Source: Thermoplasmata archaeon
GTDB lineage: Archaea; Thermoplasmatota; Thermoplasmata; RBG-16-68-12
DNA length: 64,000 nucleotides
Assembly (NCBI GenBank): GCA_035283985.1
Contig: DATESQ010000018.1
Span: forward strand, 344 to 64,343
Direction of reading: 5' to 3'
Shown here: piece by piece, positions 27,847-38,374 of the stretch
Numbering within the stretch: position 1 is the stretch's first letter
Layout of the letters: the number at the start of each line of letters is the position of its first letter
The notes under the pieces: model-generated
The model's input: the letters and a program-made list of their open reading frames with translations, nothing else
Told to the model about the DNA's origin: nothing
Databases searched by the model: none
Position numbers and translations under genes: made by a program

Positions 27847-28803
27847 TCACTTCCAGAGCGCAGGATACGTGCCCGGGTCCATGAGGACGCGCTTCGTGTC
27901 CGCGGCGAGCCCCGACTTCGCGACGACGATCTCGTCCGAGGTCATCATCGCGGTCGCGATTGCGACGCCCTCGCCCTTCGCCGTGAGGACTGCGATGAGC
28001 TCGCCCTTCTTGATTCCCTGGGAGAGCTTCGCGACGCCGGGGACCGCGAGGTTAGAGCCATGGCAGATCGCGTCGACCGCGGTATCCTTGATCACAATCT
28101 TTCGGATGTGCACAAGGAGGGCTTCGACGGGTCGGAGGAGCGCCCGAAGCGGACCCTCGTCTCCATCCTCCGTCCACGCGACGTACGCGTCCTTGAGAGT
28201 CAAAAGGCTCTGCGCGTCCTTCTCCTCAAACGAGGCCGTGCGGGTCCGTCGGAGATCGAGCATGTGCCCGCCGACGCCGAGCGCTTCCCCGATGTCGTTG
28301 CATAACGTCCGGATGTACGTCCCGGACTCGCAGCGCGTCCGGAACAGGACGAGGCGGCCCGAGAACTCGAGAGGCTCGAGCGCGTACACGGCGCGGATCC
28401 GCCGCTCCCGCTTCACCGCGGAGCGAACGGGAGGTGTCTGATAGATCTCTCCGACGAACCGCTCCATCATCTCCCGGACCTTCCGTTCCTCGACGTCCTG
28501 ATGGAGCTGGAGCACGCCGACGTACTCCTTGTCCCCGGACAGCATCGCGTCGAGCGCCCGGGTCGCGTCATTGAGGCCGATGGGTAAGACGCCCGTGACC
28601 CGCGGGTCGAGGGTCCCCGCATGGCCCGCGCGGGTGGCCTTCAGGAGGTCTCGGACCCAGGCGGACACTTGGTGCGAGGACGGACCTTGCGGCTTGTCCG
28701 CGACGAACACGCCGAACCGGAGGAGCTGCTCGATCGACCGTTCCTCGGGCCGGGTTCCGTGGCGGCTCTCCGAGGGCTCGTGGAGAACAATCATCTCGCC
28801 CAT
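27847..28803 (-). CDS. cbf5: H/ACA RNP pseudouridine synthase Cbf5 (TruB family with PUA domain).
   Basis: 'HAGTLDPRVTGVLPIGL' is the TruB catalytic motif; C-terminal PUA-like region. Confidence 0.85.
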   Translation of the reverse strand: MGEMIVLHEPSESRHGTRPEERSIEQLLRFGVFVADKPQGPSSHQVSAWVRDLLKATRAGHAGTLDPRVTGVLPIGLNDATRALDAMLSGDKEYVGVLQLHQDVEERKVREMMERFVGEIYQTPPVRSAVKRERRIRAVYALEPLEFSGRLVLFRTRCESGTYIRTLCNDIGEALGVGGHMLDLRRTRTASFEEKDAQSLLTLKDAYVAWTEDGDEGPLRALLRPVEALLVHIRKIVIKDTAVDAICHGSNLAVPGVAKLSQGIKKGELIAVLTAKGEGVAIATAMMTSDEIVVAKSGLAADTKRVLMDPGTYPALWK

Positions 28804-29339
28804 GACGCCACGCGCTCCCCGATGAGTGCGACGATCGCCTCGGGCGTTTGGTTCGAGGAGTCAATCACGAGGTCGAACCCGGACGCGTCCTGCACCTCGA
28901 TCCCGTAGATCTTGAGGTACCGCGTCCCCTCGGATCGCTCTCGCTCGAGGATTTCCTGCCGCACATCCGAGACGGGCTTCCCTTCGCGCCCGGCGACACG
29001 CGCGGAGCGGACCTCGAGAGGTGCGTCGATGAGGACCTTGAAGCACGGGATCCCGCGCCTCGCGAGGAGCCAGGGTTGGAGCCGACCGTCGACGACGACG
29101 TTCTGTCGCTTCGCGGCCCGCCGCTCGACGTCCGCAGCGACCGCTGCGTCAAGCTTCTGGTCAACCTCCTTGTGGGCCTCCGCGTACGCACCGAACCGCT
29201 CAAGCGTCATCCCGCGGTCCGCGGCCTCCTTTCGGAAGATCGCGCCCGCGGAAATCAGCTCACAACTATGGGCGTGCGCGAACGCCTCCGCGACTGTCGT
29301 CTTGCCGCTCCCCGGAGGACCGCTGATCGCGAGGATCAT
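28791..29339 (-). CDS. cmk: Archaeal cytidylate kinase.
   Basis: 'MILAISGPPGSGKTTVAEAFA' P-loop; length about 182 aa; sits in the conserved DUF106-cmk neighbourhood. Confidence 0.8.
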   Translation of the reverse strand: MILAISGPPGSGKTTVAEAFAHAHSCELISAGAIFRKEAADRGMTLERFGAYAEAHKEVDQKLDAAVAADVERRAAKRQNVVVDGRLQPWLLARRGIPCFKVLIDAPLEVRSARVAGREGKPVSDVRQEILERERSEGTRYLKIYGIEVQDASGFDLVIDSSNQTPEAIVALIGERVASWAR

Positions 29340-29346
29340 CGACCGC

Positions 29347-30069
29347 CTACCCGGCCTCCTCCGGCGGCGTGAGCTCCGTGAGGACCCCGAGCTCCTGGAG
29401 CTTCTTCCGAAAGCTGACGTACTTCAGGACGCGCTGGAGGACTTGGCTGAACGGAATCGCGAGGAGCGAGTACAGGAGGATCCAGCTCGGGAACACGTAG
29501 ACCGCGAGGAAGTTCGCGGTCGGAGACCAGGGGACCGCGAACGCGAGGTTACCTTGCTGCACGAGCGCGACGTCGACGAACAGGCGGATCCATGTGAAGA
29601 TCACGACGAAGAGGAGCATCGTGTACGCCATCGACTTCAGCGGGACGAACTGGACGTCCGCGTATTCCGCCATGTGCTCCCGCTGGCGGGCCCGGAGCTT
29701 CTCGACCTTGCTCTGATTCCCCTTCCGAGTCGCCTCCATCGTCTCCTTGCGGAGCGCGCCCAACAGGAGGTTCATCTTCGCCATCCGCGCCCAGGGGGTG
29801 ATGAAGTGGCGGAGCACGGATGAGACGACGGTCGTCAGAAGGCCCGCCATGAGGATCGTGATCACCGGGTATTGTCCGTTGAACCCGATGAGGGGATTGA
29901 GCAGCAGGCCTGCGGTCTGCCCGAACGTGGTCCCGATGTCCGGGAAAATCAGGACGTAGAGGGCCGTGATGCCGAGGAAGATCATGATGAACCGCTGCAT
30001 GCTCTGCTTCGGCGTCGGACGGGGTCGGACCGGCAACCCCGGGCGCGCTTCGGCCTCCTTTGCGGCCAT
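29347..30069 (-). CDS. DUF106 family membrane protein (archaeal Oxa1/YidC/EMC3-like).
   Basis: Three TM helices with a coiled-coil loop (KETMEATRKGNQSKVEKLRARQREHM). ATG 30069 verified. Conserved position next to cmk. Confidence 0.65.
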   Translation of the reverse strand: MAAKEAEARPGLPVRPRPTPKQSMQRFIMIFLGITALYVLIFPDIGTTFGQTAGLLLNPLIGFNGQYPVITILMAGLLTTVVSSVLRHFITPWARMAKMNLLLGALRKETMEATRKGNQSKVEKLRARQREHMAEYADVQFVPLKSMAYTMLLFVVIFTWIRLFVDVALVQQGNLAFAVPWSPTANFLAVYVFPSWILLYSLLAIPFSQVLQRVLKYVSFRKKLQELGVLTELTPPEEAG

Positions 30070-30173
30070 TGCCGCGACAGAGGTGGCCGCGCTATATCTT
30101 CTTTTCCGGCTTTCAGACGCGTGACCCGCGAACCCTTTTCCGGCGCTCGTGGATGGGGGCCCGGGCGGTGCCA

Positions 30174-30641
30174 ATGAAGTGGGTGACGCGAGAGAAGGCG
30201 AAGGTCGACCGGATCGCATGTCCGTGGCTGATCACGCGTTTCATCGACCCAGGTGCGGAATTCCTCTTCGTGACGAAGGACGAAGTCCTTGCCGTCGCGA
30301 AGCGAGAGGGCGCGATCCCATTCGACACGCAAGGCGTCGAGCTGACGCATTACACGGAGGAGGGAGAGGAACGGGTGAGCTTCGATGCGATCGTGCGGAA
30401 GTACGGGTTGCGGGACCCCGCCCTCCTCGACCTCGCGGAGATCGTGCGCACAGCGGATGCGAAGTCCGTGCCGAGGCCGCGACCGGAAGGGACCGGACTC
30501 GAAGCCGCCGCGATCGGCTTCCGGCACATCGCGAAGGACGACGCGGAGAACATGAGCCTCCAGTTCCCGCTGTATGACGCCCTCTACTCGTACTGCAAGT
30601 CACGCATCGAGGGACGCGAACGGCTCGCCCACGCACCGTGA
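30174..30641 (+). CDS. Chromate-resistance (ChrB C-terminal domain)-like protein.
   Basis: 'MKWVTREKAKVDRIACPWLITRFIDPGAEFLFV' resembles the Chrome_Resist domain. ATG 30174 verified. Confidence 0.5.
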   Translation: MKWVTREKAKVDRIACPWLITRFIDPGAEFLFVTKDEVLAVAKREGAIPFDTQGVELTHYTEEGEERVSFDAIVRKYGLRDPALLDLAEIVRTADAKSVPRPRPEGTGLEAAAIGFRHIAKDDAENMSLQFPLYDALYSYCKSRIEGRERLAHAP

Positions 30642-30719
30642 GGGGTTCGACTGGTCAGCTCCCTCGCGATCCTCATTGCCAACCGTGCGGTTCGCACGTT
30701 CGGCTACGGCTTCACGAGC

Positions 30720-31835
30720 GTGCTCCTCGCGATCTACTTGTCCCTCCTCGGAGGCGACCCCGCCATCGTCGTGGCGTCCCTCGGCATCTCCCTCCTGAGC
30801 GGTGCGGTCCTCAACGTCCTCGTCGGTTACTACGGGGACCGATTCGGTCGCCGCCGCGCGATGGTCGCCTTCGGGCTCCTGATGACGGTTGCGGGAACAG
30901 TCCTCGCGATTGCACCGAGCCTCCCTGTCGCGATGATTGCCCTTCTCCTCGGGGCCACGAGCCCTACGGGAACGGAGGTGAGCCCATTCCTATCCGTCGA
31001 GCAGTCGATCGTCGCGGAGGTCGCGCGCGCCGGACATCGGACCCGAGCGTTCTCTGTGTACAACCTGCTCGGTTCCCTTGGCGGCGCGGCGGGAGCCCTC
31101 GCAAGCGGCATCCCGGCCGTCCTCGGGGGGCTGTCACCGGTCGATGCGATTCGTCCGATGTTCGCGTTGTATTCGGTTCTAGGACTTGTTGCTGCGGGTC
31201 TCGCGCGATCCCTTCCGGCAACGGTTGAGATCGAACGGAAAACGGAACCTGCTTCCCTGTCACCGACCTCCCGCTCCCGCGTCGCGCGGATCGCGGGGCT
31301 CTTCGCGGTCGACAGCTTCGCGGGCGGATTCGTGATCCAGAGCTTCGTCTCGTTCTGGTTCTACACGACGTACCCGGAATCCCGGGCCGTCCTGGGCCTC
31401 ATCTTCTTCGCGGCGGGCGTGCTTTCGGCGTTCTCCTTCCTAGTCGCGGCGCGGCTCGGGGAACGGTTTGGGCTTCTCGAGACGATGGTCTTCACCCACA
31501 TCCCGTCGAACGTCCTTCTGATGGCGGTCCCACTCGCGCCGACATTCTCGCTCGCGCTCGCAGCGTACCTCGGACGGATGGCCCTCTCCCAGATGGATGT
31601 CCCGACCCGCCAGGCGTACCTTGCGGGGATCGTCTCCCGGGAGGAGCGGACGGCAGCGAACGCGACGACGAACACAGCGCGGAACATCTCGCAGGCCGCG
31701 GGGCCCTTCTCCGCGGGCTCCATCGTCTCCGCGCTCGGCCTCTCCGTCTCGTTCTTCATCGGAGGCGGACTGAAGATCATGTACGATCTCGCAATCTTCG
31801 CGACGTTCCGGACCGTGAAGCCCGAAGGCGTGTGA
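30720..31835 (+). CDS. MFS transporter.
   Basis: Twelve hydrophobic segments with a 'GYYGDRFGRRR' MFS loop motif. GTG start; the frame is open back to the upstream stop, so the real N-terminus is uncertain. Confidence 0.75.
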   Translation: MLLAIYLSLLGGDPAIVVASLGISLLSGAVLNVLVGYYGDRFGRRRAMVAFGLLMTVAGTVLAIAPSLPVAMIALLLGATSPTGTEVSPFLSVEQSIVAEVARAGHRTRAFSVYNLLGSLGGAAGALASGIPAVLGGLSPVDAIRPMFALYSVLGLVAAGLARSLPATVEIERKTEPASLSPTSRSRVARIAGLFAVDSFAGGFVIQSFVSFWFYTTYPESRAVLGLIFFAAGVLSAFSFLVAARLGERFGLLETMVFTHIPSNVLLMAVPLAPTFSLALAAYLGRMALSQMDVPTRQAYLAGIVSREERTAANATTNTARNISQAAGPFSAGSIVSALGLSVSFFIGGGLKIMYDLAIFATFRTVKPEGV

Positions 31836-31850
31836 CCGCAACGGCCGCGT

Positions 31851-32207
31851 TCAGCCGGCCTGCGGGCCGCCGAGCGCGCTCTGGATCTTCTGCTGGAGAT
31901 CCTCGTATCGGCCGCCGAGGGCCTTCTCCTGCTTCTGGATCGCTTTGATGCGGATCGTGAGGGTCTCGAGGTGCTCCTCGAGCTCCTTCTTCAGAGCTTC
32001 GCGGTCGTTCGCCTGGACGAGGAGGACTCCGATGCTCTTGTAAATCGTCGTGTCCGGAACGAGCTTGCCGAGCTCCTCGAGGGTGCTCTCGACCTCGCGG
32101 AGCTTCGCCTCGAGCTGGAGACGTTGGCTTGCAAGGAGCTGGAGCTGCTGCTGGAGCTGCTGATATTGCGCGATTTGGTTCTGCAACTGCGGCGAGATTT
32201 CTTTCAT
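31851..32207 (-). CDS. pfdB: Prefoldin beta subunit.
   Basis: Coiled-coil / beta-hairpin / coiled-coil, 118 aa; last gene of the exosome superoperon. Confidence 0.8.
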   Translation of the reverse strand: MKEISPQLQNQIAQYQQLQQQLQLLASQRLQLEAKLREVESTLEELGKLVPDTTIYKSIGVLLVQANDREALKKELEEHLETLTIRIKAIQKQEKALGGRYEDLQQKIQSALGGPQAG

Positions 32208-32437
32208 CGCCGCGCCTCCCGAATCACGTTCGCGGCGACGTCAGCCCACCGCAGGTACGAGTTCAATGCGGCCCGCAGGGCCCCCGTGTCCTCCGCGTCA
32301 ATCGACACGACGAGGGAATGCCCGCGGCCCGCCACGCGGACCCGCGCCTTCGGAATTTCCCGCCCCGCCTCAGGCGCGAGCGCTTGCTTCAGAATCGGCA
32401 CCTCGTCCCCCTCAATCCGGATCTCCGCGTGCGGCAT
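32204..32437 (-). CDS. pcc1: KEOPS subunit Pcc1-like small protein.
   Basis: 77 aa from verified ATG 32437; the C-terminal helix 'LRAALNSYLRWADVAANVI' fits the Pcc1 family. Conserved slot between rpoP and pfdB. Confidence 0.55.
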   Translation of the reverse strand: MPHAEIRIEGDEVPILKQALAPEAGREIPKARVRVAGRGHSLVVSIDAEDTGALRAALNSYLRWADVAANVIREARR

Positions 32438-32439
32438 GA

Positions 32440-32574
32440 CTACCGCGCCTTCACGACCTTCTTCACGTTCGGGCGTTCCTTGTAGAACACCTTTGACCCA
32501 CACCGCTCGCACTGAATCCCGACCGTGTTGATGTTCGTGCGAATCGGCTCCTTGCAGACCGCGCACTTGTACAT
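32440..32574 (-). CDS. rpoP: DNA-directed RNA polymerase subunit P (Rpb12 homolog).
   Basis: 44 aa [44 protein letters not shown] with CxxC...CxxC zinc ribbon. Start overlaps the rpl37ae stop (TGATG). Confidence 0.85.
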   Translation of the reverse strand: MYKCAVCKEPIRTNINTVGIQCERCGSKVFYKERPNVKKVVKAR

Positions 32575-32855
32575 CAGGCGGCCTCCTTCGCTTCCGCCTC
32601 CGGCGCCGCAGTGATCTCCCGCTTTACGGTCGTCGTGACGATTGGCCTGTACGCCCCGCCCGCGAACGTGTGGCCGCACCGACGGCACCGCCACACCCCC
32701 GTGCTCGACCGTCGGACGGCGATCGCCTGGCACCGAGGGCAGGGGTGCGTGGCCTTCTGGACGGTCTCAACCTCCAGGATCCGACGGCGGATCTTCACGC
32801 CGTATCGCGGCCCGAACCGGCCGACCGATCCGACTTTCTTCGTTCGTCTCGCCAT
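32574..32855 (-). CDS. rpl37ae: Ribosomal protein L37Ae (eL43).
   Basis: '[13 protein letters not shown]...CPRCQ...[13 protein letters not shown]' is the canonical eL43 zinc ribbon. Confidence 0.9.
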   Translation of the reverse strand: MARRTKKVGSVGRFGPRYGVKIRRRILEVETVQKATHPCPRCQAIAVRRSSTGVWRCRRCGHTFAGGAYRPIVTTTVKREITAAPEAEAKEAA

Positions 32856-32858
32856 GAT

Positions 32859-33629
32859 CTACGCCCGAATCGCCTCGCGGATCACTCGGCCGACCCGCTC
32901 GCTCGTCTCGATGACCTTGCGGACTTCGTCCCAACGGAAGCTTCCTCTTAATCCTTTTTGCATCGCGCGGAGGTCGCCGTTCTCGTCCGTCGCGACCGTG
33001 AGGCGGGCGTTCGCAATCCGCTCCTCGTCGAGGTTCGGGTCGACAACGATCGTGTCCCCGATCTTCGCGGAGGTGACGGAAATGGGCCAGTGCTCCATGG
33101 GGAGGCGGTAGTCCTTTTGCCCGAGCTTCGACGCGGGCACCTTCGCGCACGAAAGCGCTGCGACGGCCCCGTAGCTCGCCGCATCGAACAGGTTCCCGTC
33201 GTAGTCGAGGGCGTGGATGTCGATGAACATGATCCAGACCTTCTCCTTCGGGGTGATGCAGAGCTTCTCCAAGTTCACCGTCTTTGTCTCGCGGATCCCT
33301 CGGTCGACCACGCGCGCGACCTCGATCGCCACCGGGCTCGGCGGTCCCGCTTCAAACGACGGACTCGCCATCGGAATCAGCTCCGCACTCGTCGACAGGA
33401 CCCCGGAGTTCGGCGTGTCGGGGTACGGCTCGCCGACGTCGATCTTCACGCCGACGAGGACGTCCGTGTTCCCCAATCGTACGCGCGCGCTCCCCTCGGC
33501 GGTCTTGATGTAGTTCTTCTCAATCACGAGCTTCCGCGTCTCGTCGAACGCACGGCCGTCGGTTCGCTTCCCGGAGGCCGCAAGCCGGTGGATGTGCTCC
33601 CGCATCAGCTCGGGTATGACCTCCGTCAT
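32859..33629 (-). CDS. rrp42: Exosome complex RNase PH-like subunit Rrp42.
   Basis: RNase PH fold; position after rrp41; 4-nt overlap. Confidence 0.85.
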   Translation of the reverse strand: MTEVIPELMREHIHRLAASGKRTDGRAFDETRKLVIEKNYIKTAEGSARVRLGNTDVLVGVKIDVGEPYPDTPNSGVLSTSAELIPMASPSFEAGPPSPVAIEVARVVDRGIRETKTVNLEKLCITPKEKVWIMFIDIHALDYDGNLFDAASYGAVAALSCAKVPASKLGQKDYRLPMEHWPISVTSAKIGDTIVVDPNLDEERIANARLTVATDENGDLRAMQKGLRGSFRWDEVRKVIETSERVGRVIREAIRA

Positions 33630-34423
33630 AGCTCATCGACCCCCGCGGGCGGCTCGGGGACCCCGCCCCTCGGCTCCTCCATGTCCTCCGCAACACTCGC
33701 ATACCGGCGGAGGAGTGCCTCGCGTTGGAGTTCGTAAATCCTCTTCGCTGCCTCAGTCGAAAGGTCCATCGCCTTGTGGAACTCCTCCTGCGTCAAGTGG
33801 CCGTCCATCTGGAGGAGCACGATCTCGCCGGTGCGGTGCACAATCGCCATCGGGCAGTCTGCCTCACCGAAGTTGTCCTCGTCCTTGTTCAGGTCGAGGC
33901 ACACGACCCCGCCGATCTTCCCGCTCGCGCACGACGCGACGAGGTCCCGCATCGGAATCCCGGCATCCGCCAACGCCACGGAGGCGGCCGTCAGGCCCGC
34001 GCACCGCGTGCCGGCATCCGCCTGCAGCACCTCGATGAAGATGTCGACGGACGTCCGGGGGAACTGCTCCGTGAACACGACCCGCTCGAACGCTTCGGAA
34101 ATCACCTTGCTGATCTCGACGGAGCGCCGGTCGGGTCCCGGTCGCTTTCGGTCCGTGACGGAGAAAGGCGCCATGTTGTAGCGACATTGGACGAGCGCCT
34201 TCGCCGGGTCCTGGCGGTGGCGGGGGTGCGCCTCCCGAGGACCGTACACGGCCGCGAGGACGCGGTTGTTTCCCCACTCGATGTACGCGGAACCGTCCGC
34301 CTTCTTTAGGATGCCCGCCTCGATCCGGATCGGCCGCAGTTCATCGAATCGTCGGCCGTCGAGTCGGACACCGTTCTCGTCAATCAGTTTCAATTTCTTC
34401 ACAATGTGCTCGATGTCTTCCAT
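33626..34423 (-). CDS. rrp41: Exosome complex exonuclease Rrp41 (catalytic RNase PH).
   Basis: '[44 protein letters not shown]' is a canonical Rrp41/RNase PH motif. Confidence 0.9.
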   Translation of the reverse strand: MEDIEHIVKKLKLIDENGVRLDGRRFDELRPIRIEAGILKKADGSAYIEWGNNRVLAAVYGPREAHPRHRQDPAKALVQCRYNMAPFSVTDRKRPGPDRRSVEISKVISEAFERVVFTEQFPRTSVDIFIEVLQADAGTRCAGLTAASVALADAGIPMRDLVASCASGKIGGVVCLDLNKDEDNFGEADCPMAIVHRTGEIVLLQMDGHLTQEEFHKAMDLSTEAAKRIYELQREALLRRYASVAEDMEEPRGGVPEPPAGVDEL

Positions 34424-34424
34424 C

Positions 34425-35165
34425 TCAATCCCTCTCTGTGGGTCCCGTGGCCGGACGCCCGTACGCGCTCTCGAGGTATTCCCGGACCGTGTCCGTGAGC
34501 CCCGTCAGCGGAGCATAGTCTTCGATCATGTGAATCACGTGGACCGCGTGGGCGACGTCGTCGGGCCCCCCGTCGAGCCAGATCCGGCCGTTCTGGCCCA
34601 CGAACATCCGCACGCGCGCGAAGTCGCGAATCAGGGAGATCATGCTCCCCTGCCGACCGAGCAGGCGCGGGACCTTGGCAGGCGAGATCTCGAGAATCTG
34701 CCCGCCTTGGAGCAGACCGAACTCCCGGTCCGCCATCGTGAGCTGGACATGCATCGCCTCGTCGACGGCGAGGACGCCTGCGAGAATCGCGTCCCCGACG
34801 CGTAGGTACCGCTCCGTGTCGCCGAACTCGACCCGCCACGGGCTCTCCGTCGCATGAAGCGGCGCAGGATACGGGGAGTTAATGTCGACGAGCCAGTGGG
34901 ATGGCCCGGCGTCGATGACCTTTCCGATCACGGCATCGCGGGTGCCCGGGATGTACCGGCCGCCGAGAGGCACGACGGACACATATCCGTCCCCCTCGGA
35001 GCGAATGCCGAGCCGGGCGGCGAAGATCTTGCCCCCCTCGCGGAACGTCCCAGAACCCGGTTTCAATCCGCGTTCATCAAGGAGCTCGCCCGGGATCACG
35101 ACCTGGCGCCGAGCGGGATAGCTCCCGTCCATTGAATCCTCATCTCTCTCATGTTCACGCGCCAA
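34425..35165 (-). CDS. rrp4: Exosome RNA-binding subunit Rrp4 (S1 + KH).
   Basis: S1-like '[19 protein letters not shown]' and KH-like '[16 protein letters not shown]'. Confidence 0.85.
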   Translation of the reverse strand: MAREHERDEDSMDGSYPARRQVVIPGELLDERGLKPGSGTFREGGKIFAARLGIRSEGDGYVSVVPLGGRYIPGTRDAVIGKVIDAGPSHWLVDINSPYPAPLHATESPWRVEFGDTERYLRVGDAILAGVLAVDEAMHVQLTMADREFGLLQGGQILEISPAKVPRLLGRQGSMISLIRDFARVRMFVGQNGRIWLDGGPDDVAHAVHVIHMIEDYAPLTGLTDTVREYLESAYGRPATGPTERD

Positions 35166-35230
35166 AAGGCGGGGCCTATTTGAGCATTTGTGTTTCCATC
35201 GAGCCGATGTCGGGAGCTCCGGCGGCCCGC

Positions 35231-35971
35231 CTATATGCGCTGGTCCGCCTTCAGGATCTTCGCTTCGACGTTCCCCTTCGTCCTTGCGTTCAGCCGCTCA
35301 AGGAACTCCGTCTGCATCCCTGCGGGCATTTCGACGACCCCCACCCAGGAGCCGTTCGCCTGCCATTCCTCTCTAAGGATCGTCCCGAACGCCTTGATGT
35401 CCCCGTAGCACTTCGCGCTGTCCTCTGCGGTGAGCCGGACCGCGATCCGAGTCTTCTCGAACCGGATCGGGATCAGGGGTCGTAGGGCGCCAAGGATTTC
35501 CTTCACCTGCTCTTGGACGGCCTTGAACGGGTCGATATGGACCTTCGCCTCGTCCATCGCGATCTCGATCCGCTGCGGCGGGTGCGGTGTACCCGTCTGC
35601 GGGTTGATCGCGTTGGCGGCGATGTACTGGATGATCTGGCGGCGCTTCGCTTCCTGCATCTCCCGCCGCTGCTCCGTCGTGAGCTGGATCTCGCCCCGCT
35701 TGATGATCTCTCGGGCGACCTCGAGCGGCTCTGTCGTCCCGAAGAACTCCTGCATCTTCTCCTCGGACGCCTTTGAGCCCTTGTGCGCGTCGCGGAAAAT
35801 CTGGTCGATCGCGAGGTTCTCGAGGACCTTGACCTCCTTGCCGTCGCGAATCTTCTGGACCGCGTCGGGCTTCACGAGGACCTCGAAGCGCTCGCCCGCC
35901 TTCTCAATCCGCGCGATAACGTACTCCTTGAAAACGTCGTCACGACGTTCGGTCCGGAGCTCCTTGGGCAT
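35231..35971 (-). CDS. sbds: Ribosome maturation protein SBDS/Sdo1 homolog.
   Basis: 246 aa; conserved position between psmA and rrp4; SBDS-like N-terminal FYSH domain pattern. Confidence 0.8.
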   Translation of the reverse strand: MPKELRTERRDDVFKEYVIARIEKAGERFEVLVKPDAVQKIRDGKEVKVLENLAIDQIFRDAHKGSKASEEKMQEFFGTTEPLEVAREIIKRGEIQLTTEQRREMQEAKRRQIIQYIAANAINPQTGTPHPPQRIEIAMDEAKVHIDPFKAVQEQVKEILGALRPLIPIRFEKTRIAVRLTAEDSAKCYGDIKAFGTILREEWQANGSWVGVVEMPAGMQTEFLERLNARTKGNVEAKILKADQRI

Positions 35972-35979
35972 GCTCCCGC

Positions 35980-36702
35980 CTAGGAGGCGCGCGGCAGCCT
36001 CGACAGGTGGCCCTGGACTTCCTGTTCCGTCAGCCGCCGGAACCTTTCCCCGTCCACGACGATCCCGACCTCAACGGTCTTCGCGTCGAGCTTCTCCTCG
36101 CTTGCCTTCTGGAGCGCCTCGAGGCCAAGGATCACCGCATCGTCCTTCGCCATCCCGTCCCGGTACTTCTCCTCGAACATCTCCATCACCGCGTTCCGGC
36201 CCGCGCCGATGCTGCCCGCCTTGTACGATACGAGCGCGCCGCTCGGGTCCGTCTCGTAGAGGTGAACTCCGAGGTCGTCGACGCCCGCGACGAGGAGCGC
36301 AGTGCCGAACGGTCGGACGCCGCCGTACTGGGTGTAGTTCTGCTTGAAGTCGCAGATCCGCTTCACGAGGAGATCGACGCCGATCTTCTCGCTGTACGTG
36401 ACCTTGTTGATCTGCGCGACGAGGCGCGCATAATCCACGAGGACCCGAGCGTCCGCGACGAGGCCTGACGTTGCGCAGCCGACGTGCTCGTCGATCTGGA
36501 AGATCTTCTCGATGCTCGACGTCTCGACGAGCCGGGAGCTGATCTTCTTGTCCGCCATCAGGACCGTTCCGTCTTTGAACTTCAGTCCTGCCGTCGTGTT
36601 CCCCCGGGTCACGGCGACCCGCGCGTATTCGACCTGGAACAGTCGGCCGTCCGGAGAGAAGACCGTGATCGCACGGTCGTAGGCCATTTGGCCGGGTTGC
36701 AT
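35980..36702 (-). CDS. psmA: Proteasome alpha subunit.
   Basis: '[20 protein letters not shown]' is the canonical alpha-subunit N-terminus. Confidence 0.95.
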   Translation of the reverse strand: MQPGQMAYDRAITVFSPDGRLFQVEYARVAVTRGNTTAGLKFKDGTVLMADKKISSRLVETSSIEKIFQIDEHVGCATSGLVADARVLVDYARLVAQINKVTYSEKIGVDLLVKRICDFKQNYTQYGGVRPFGTALLVAGVDDLGVHLYETDPSGALVSYKAGSIGAGRNAVMEMFEEKYRDGMAKDDAVILGLEALQKASEEKLDAKTVEVGIVVDGERFRRLTEQEVQGHLSRLPRAS

Positions 36703-36738
36703 CTGAGAACGCCTCGCAAGTGCAGAAGTGGGTGTGCG

Positions 36739-36754
36739 TTATAAAGTTTTATAC
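36739..36754 (-). promoter_or_regulatory. Tandem TATA-like boxes (TATAAAA / TTTATAA, minus-strand reading) about 37 nt upstream of the psmA ATG: promoter of the exosome superoperon.
   Basis: Only AT-rich element in the 60-nt gap between pop5 and psmA; spacing fits a short leader. Confidence 0.5.
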
Positions 36755-36762
36755 AACTGCTC

Positions 36763-37062
36763 TCATGTTTTCCGGAAGTACTTCGTTCTCGCGCGCCGAA
36801 TCGTCCCGCTCGTGCCGAGCGTTTGCACGGACGGCGAAGGTCCGGGAAGTCGCATCGCATTGAGGAGGCGCACGACGGCGTCCTTCGTGAATTGGTCACA
36901 GCGGACCAGGCCACATCGGCCTTCGATGAACAGCAAGCGCGGGCGATCCTCCTTCGGCCAGCTTGCGACCGCAGCGTGGAGCCCCGTGGCAAATTCCCGT
37001 CCGTGCCCGGGCTCTCCAAGTTCAAACGCAACGTATCGGTCCCGCCGAGGTCCCGCGGTCAC
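36763..37062 (-). CDS. rnp2: RNase P protein component 2 (Pop5/Rpp14 family).
   Basis: 'RYVAFEL...GLVRC...TLGTSGTIRRARTKYF' matches Pop5 family hallmarks. Sits in the conserved pop5-psmA neighbourhood. Confidence 0.7.
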   Translation of the reverse strand: MTAGPRRDRYVAFELGEPGHGREFATGLHAAVASWPKEDRPRLLFIEGRCGLVRCDQFTKDAVVRLLNAMRLPGPSPSVQTLGTSGTIRRARTKYFRKT

Positions 37063-37144
37063 GAACGGCGCACCCCGCCTAGGGCTAATGGAGTTTCCGA
37101 CGAGCGGATGGGCTCGCCGGCCGGGAGAGGAAAGGGGGAGGATG

Positions 37145-38272
37145 TCACCGTACTTCGTCGACTTCCGCGGCCGTGAAGACGGGAGACGATTCCTTTCCGA
37201 GGAGCGCCTTCGACTTCACGCCCGTGATGACGAGGAGGACGCGGACCGTGCGGTCGAGCTCCTGCTCGACGGAGCAGCCCCAGATGATCCGGGCCATCGG
37301 GTTGATTTTCTGGCCCACGATCTCCGCGGCCTTCTCCGCCTCGCTCACGGTAAGGTCGGGTCCGCCGACGACCCGGATCAGTGCGCCCCGGGCGTGGGTC
37401 AGGTCGACTTCGCCGAGGAGCGGGGACTCGAGCGCTTCGTTAATCGAGTACTCGATGCGGTCTCGCTCATCCTCGGACTCGCCAATGCCGATCATCGCGA
37501 CGCCGCCGCCCTTCATGATCGTCATGAGGTCCGCGTAGTCGAGGTTCACCAGACCCGGCTTCGTGATGATCTCCGTCATGCCCTTGATCGACTGCATGAG
37601 GATCTCATCCGCGACCTTGAACGCGGCATCGATGGGGAGCCGTGGGACGAGTTCGAGGAGCTTGTCGTTATAGATCACAATCGTTGTGTCGCAGAACCTA
37701 CGGAGCTTCTCCAGGCCCGCCTCCGCATTCTCCATGCGGATTTTCCCTTCGGCACGGAATGGCATCGTGACGATGCCCATCACGAGCGCGCCCTCCTCCT
37801 TCGAGAGCCGCGCGACGTACTGGGCCGAGCCGGACCCCGTGCCGCCGCCCATGCCCGCTGTGACGAACACGACGTGCGCGCCGCGGAGGAACTCGCGGAT
37901 CTCCTCCTCGCTCTCGTGAGCGGCCTGCTCGCCGACCTCCGGGAGCGCGCCCGCGCCAAGGCCCTTCGTGAGTCTCTTTCCGATGAGAATCTTCCTCGGC
38001 GCGTGGATCGCGAGCAGGTGCTTCGCGTCCGTGTTAACGGCGCAAAGCTGGGCGCCGGAGATTCCCGCCTCCGAGCACCGGTTGACGGTATTCGAACCGC
38101 CGCCGCCACAACCAACGATCTTGATTGAGACGTTCAGCGATTCGACGATCTTCGCAATTTCCTCGTCTTCCGCCGCCTTCGGAGATACTGCCTTCCCGGC
38201 GGCTTCTTCCTTCGCGCGCGACTCCTCGTGCCGAGCCAGGGCCTGGCTCACAATTGATTTGACCATGACCAT
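37145..38272 (-). CDS. ftsZ: Cell division GTPase FtsZ.
   Basis: Tubulin signature 'GCGGGGSNTV' and 'TAGMGGGTGSG'. Confidence 0.95.
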   Translation of the reverse strand: MVMVKSIVSQALARHEESRAKEEAAGKAVSPKAAEDEEIAKIVESLNVSIKIVGCGGGGSNTVNRCSEAGISGAQLCAVNTDAKHLLAIHAPRKILIGKRLTKGLGAGALPEVGEQAAHESEEEIREFLRGAHVVFVTAGMGGGTGSGSAQYVARLSKEEGALVMGIVTMPFRAEGKIRMENAEAGLEKLRRFCDTTIVIYNDKLLELVPRLPIDAAFKVADEILMQSIKGMTEIITKPGLVNLDYADLMTIMKGGGVAMIGIGESEDERDRIEYSINEALESPLLGEVDLTHARGALIRVVGGPDLTVSEAEKAAEIVGQKINPMARIIWGCSVEQELDRTVRVLLVITGVKSKALLGKESSPVFTAAEVDEVR

Positions 38273-38374
38273 CCCATCCCGATGGATTCTGACGGCGGCC
38301 GCAATGGGAATGGGGCTATTTAAAGATAGTCATACGGTTGTCCGACGCAAACGGCTCTCTTGGCGGACGCTGCA

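Noticed and set aside
36728-38128. 466-aa plus-strand ORF
   Set aside because: Antisense to ftsZ and pop5; Arg/Asp/Leu-rich junk composition.
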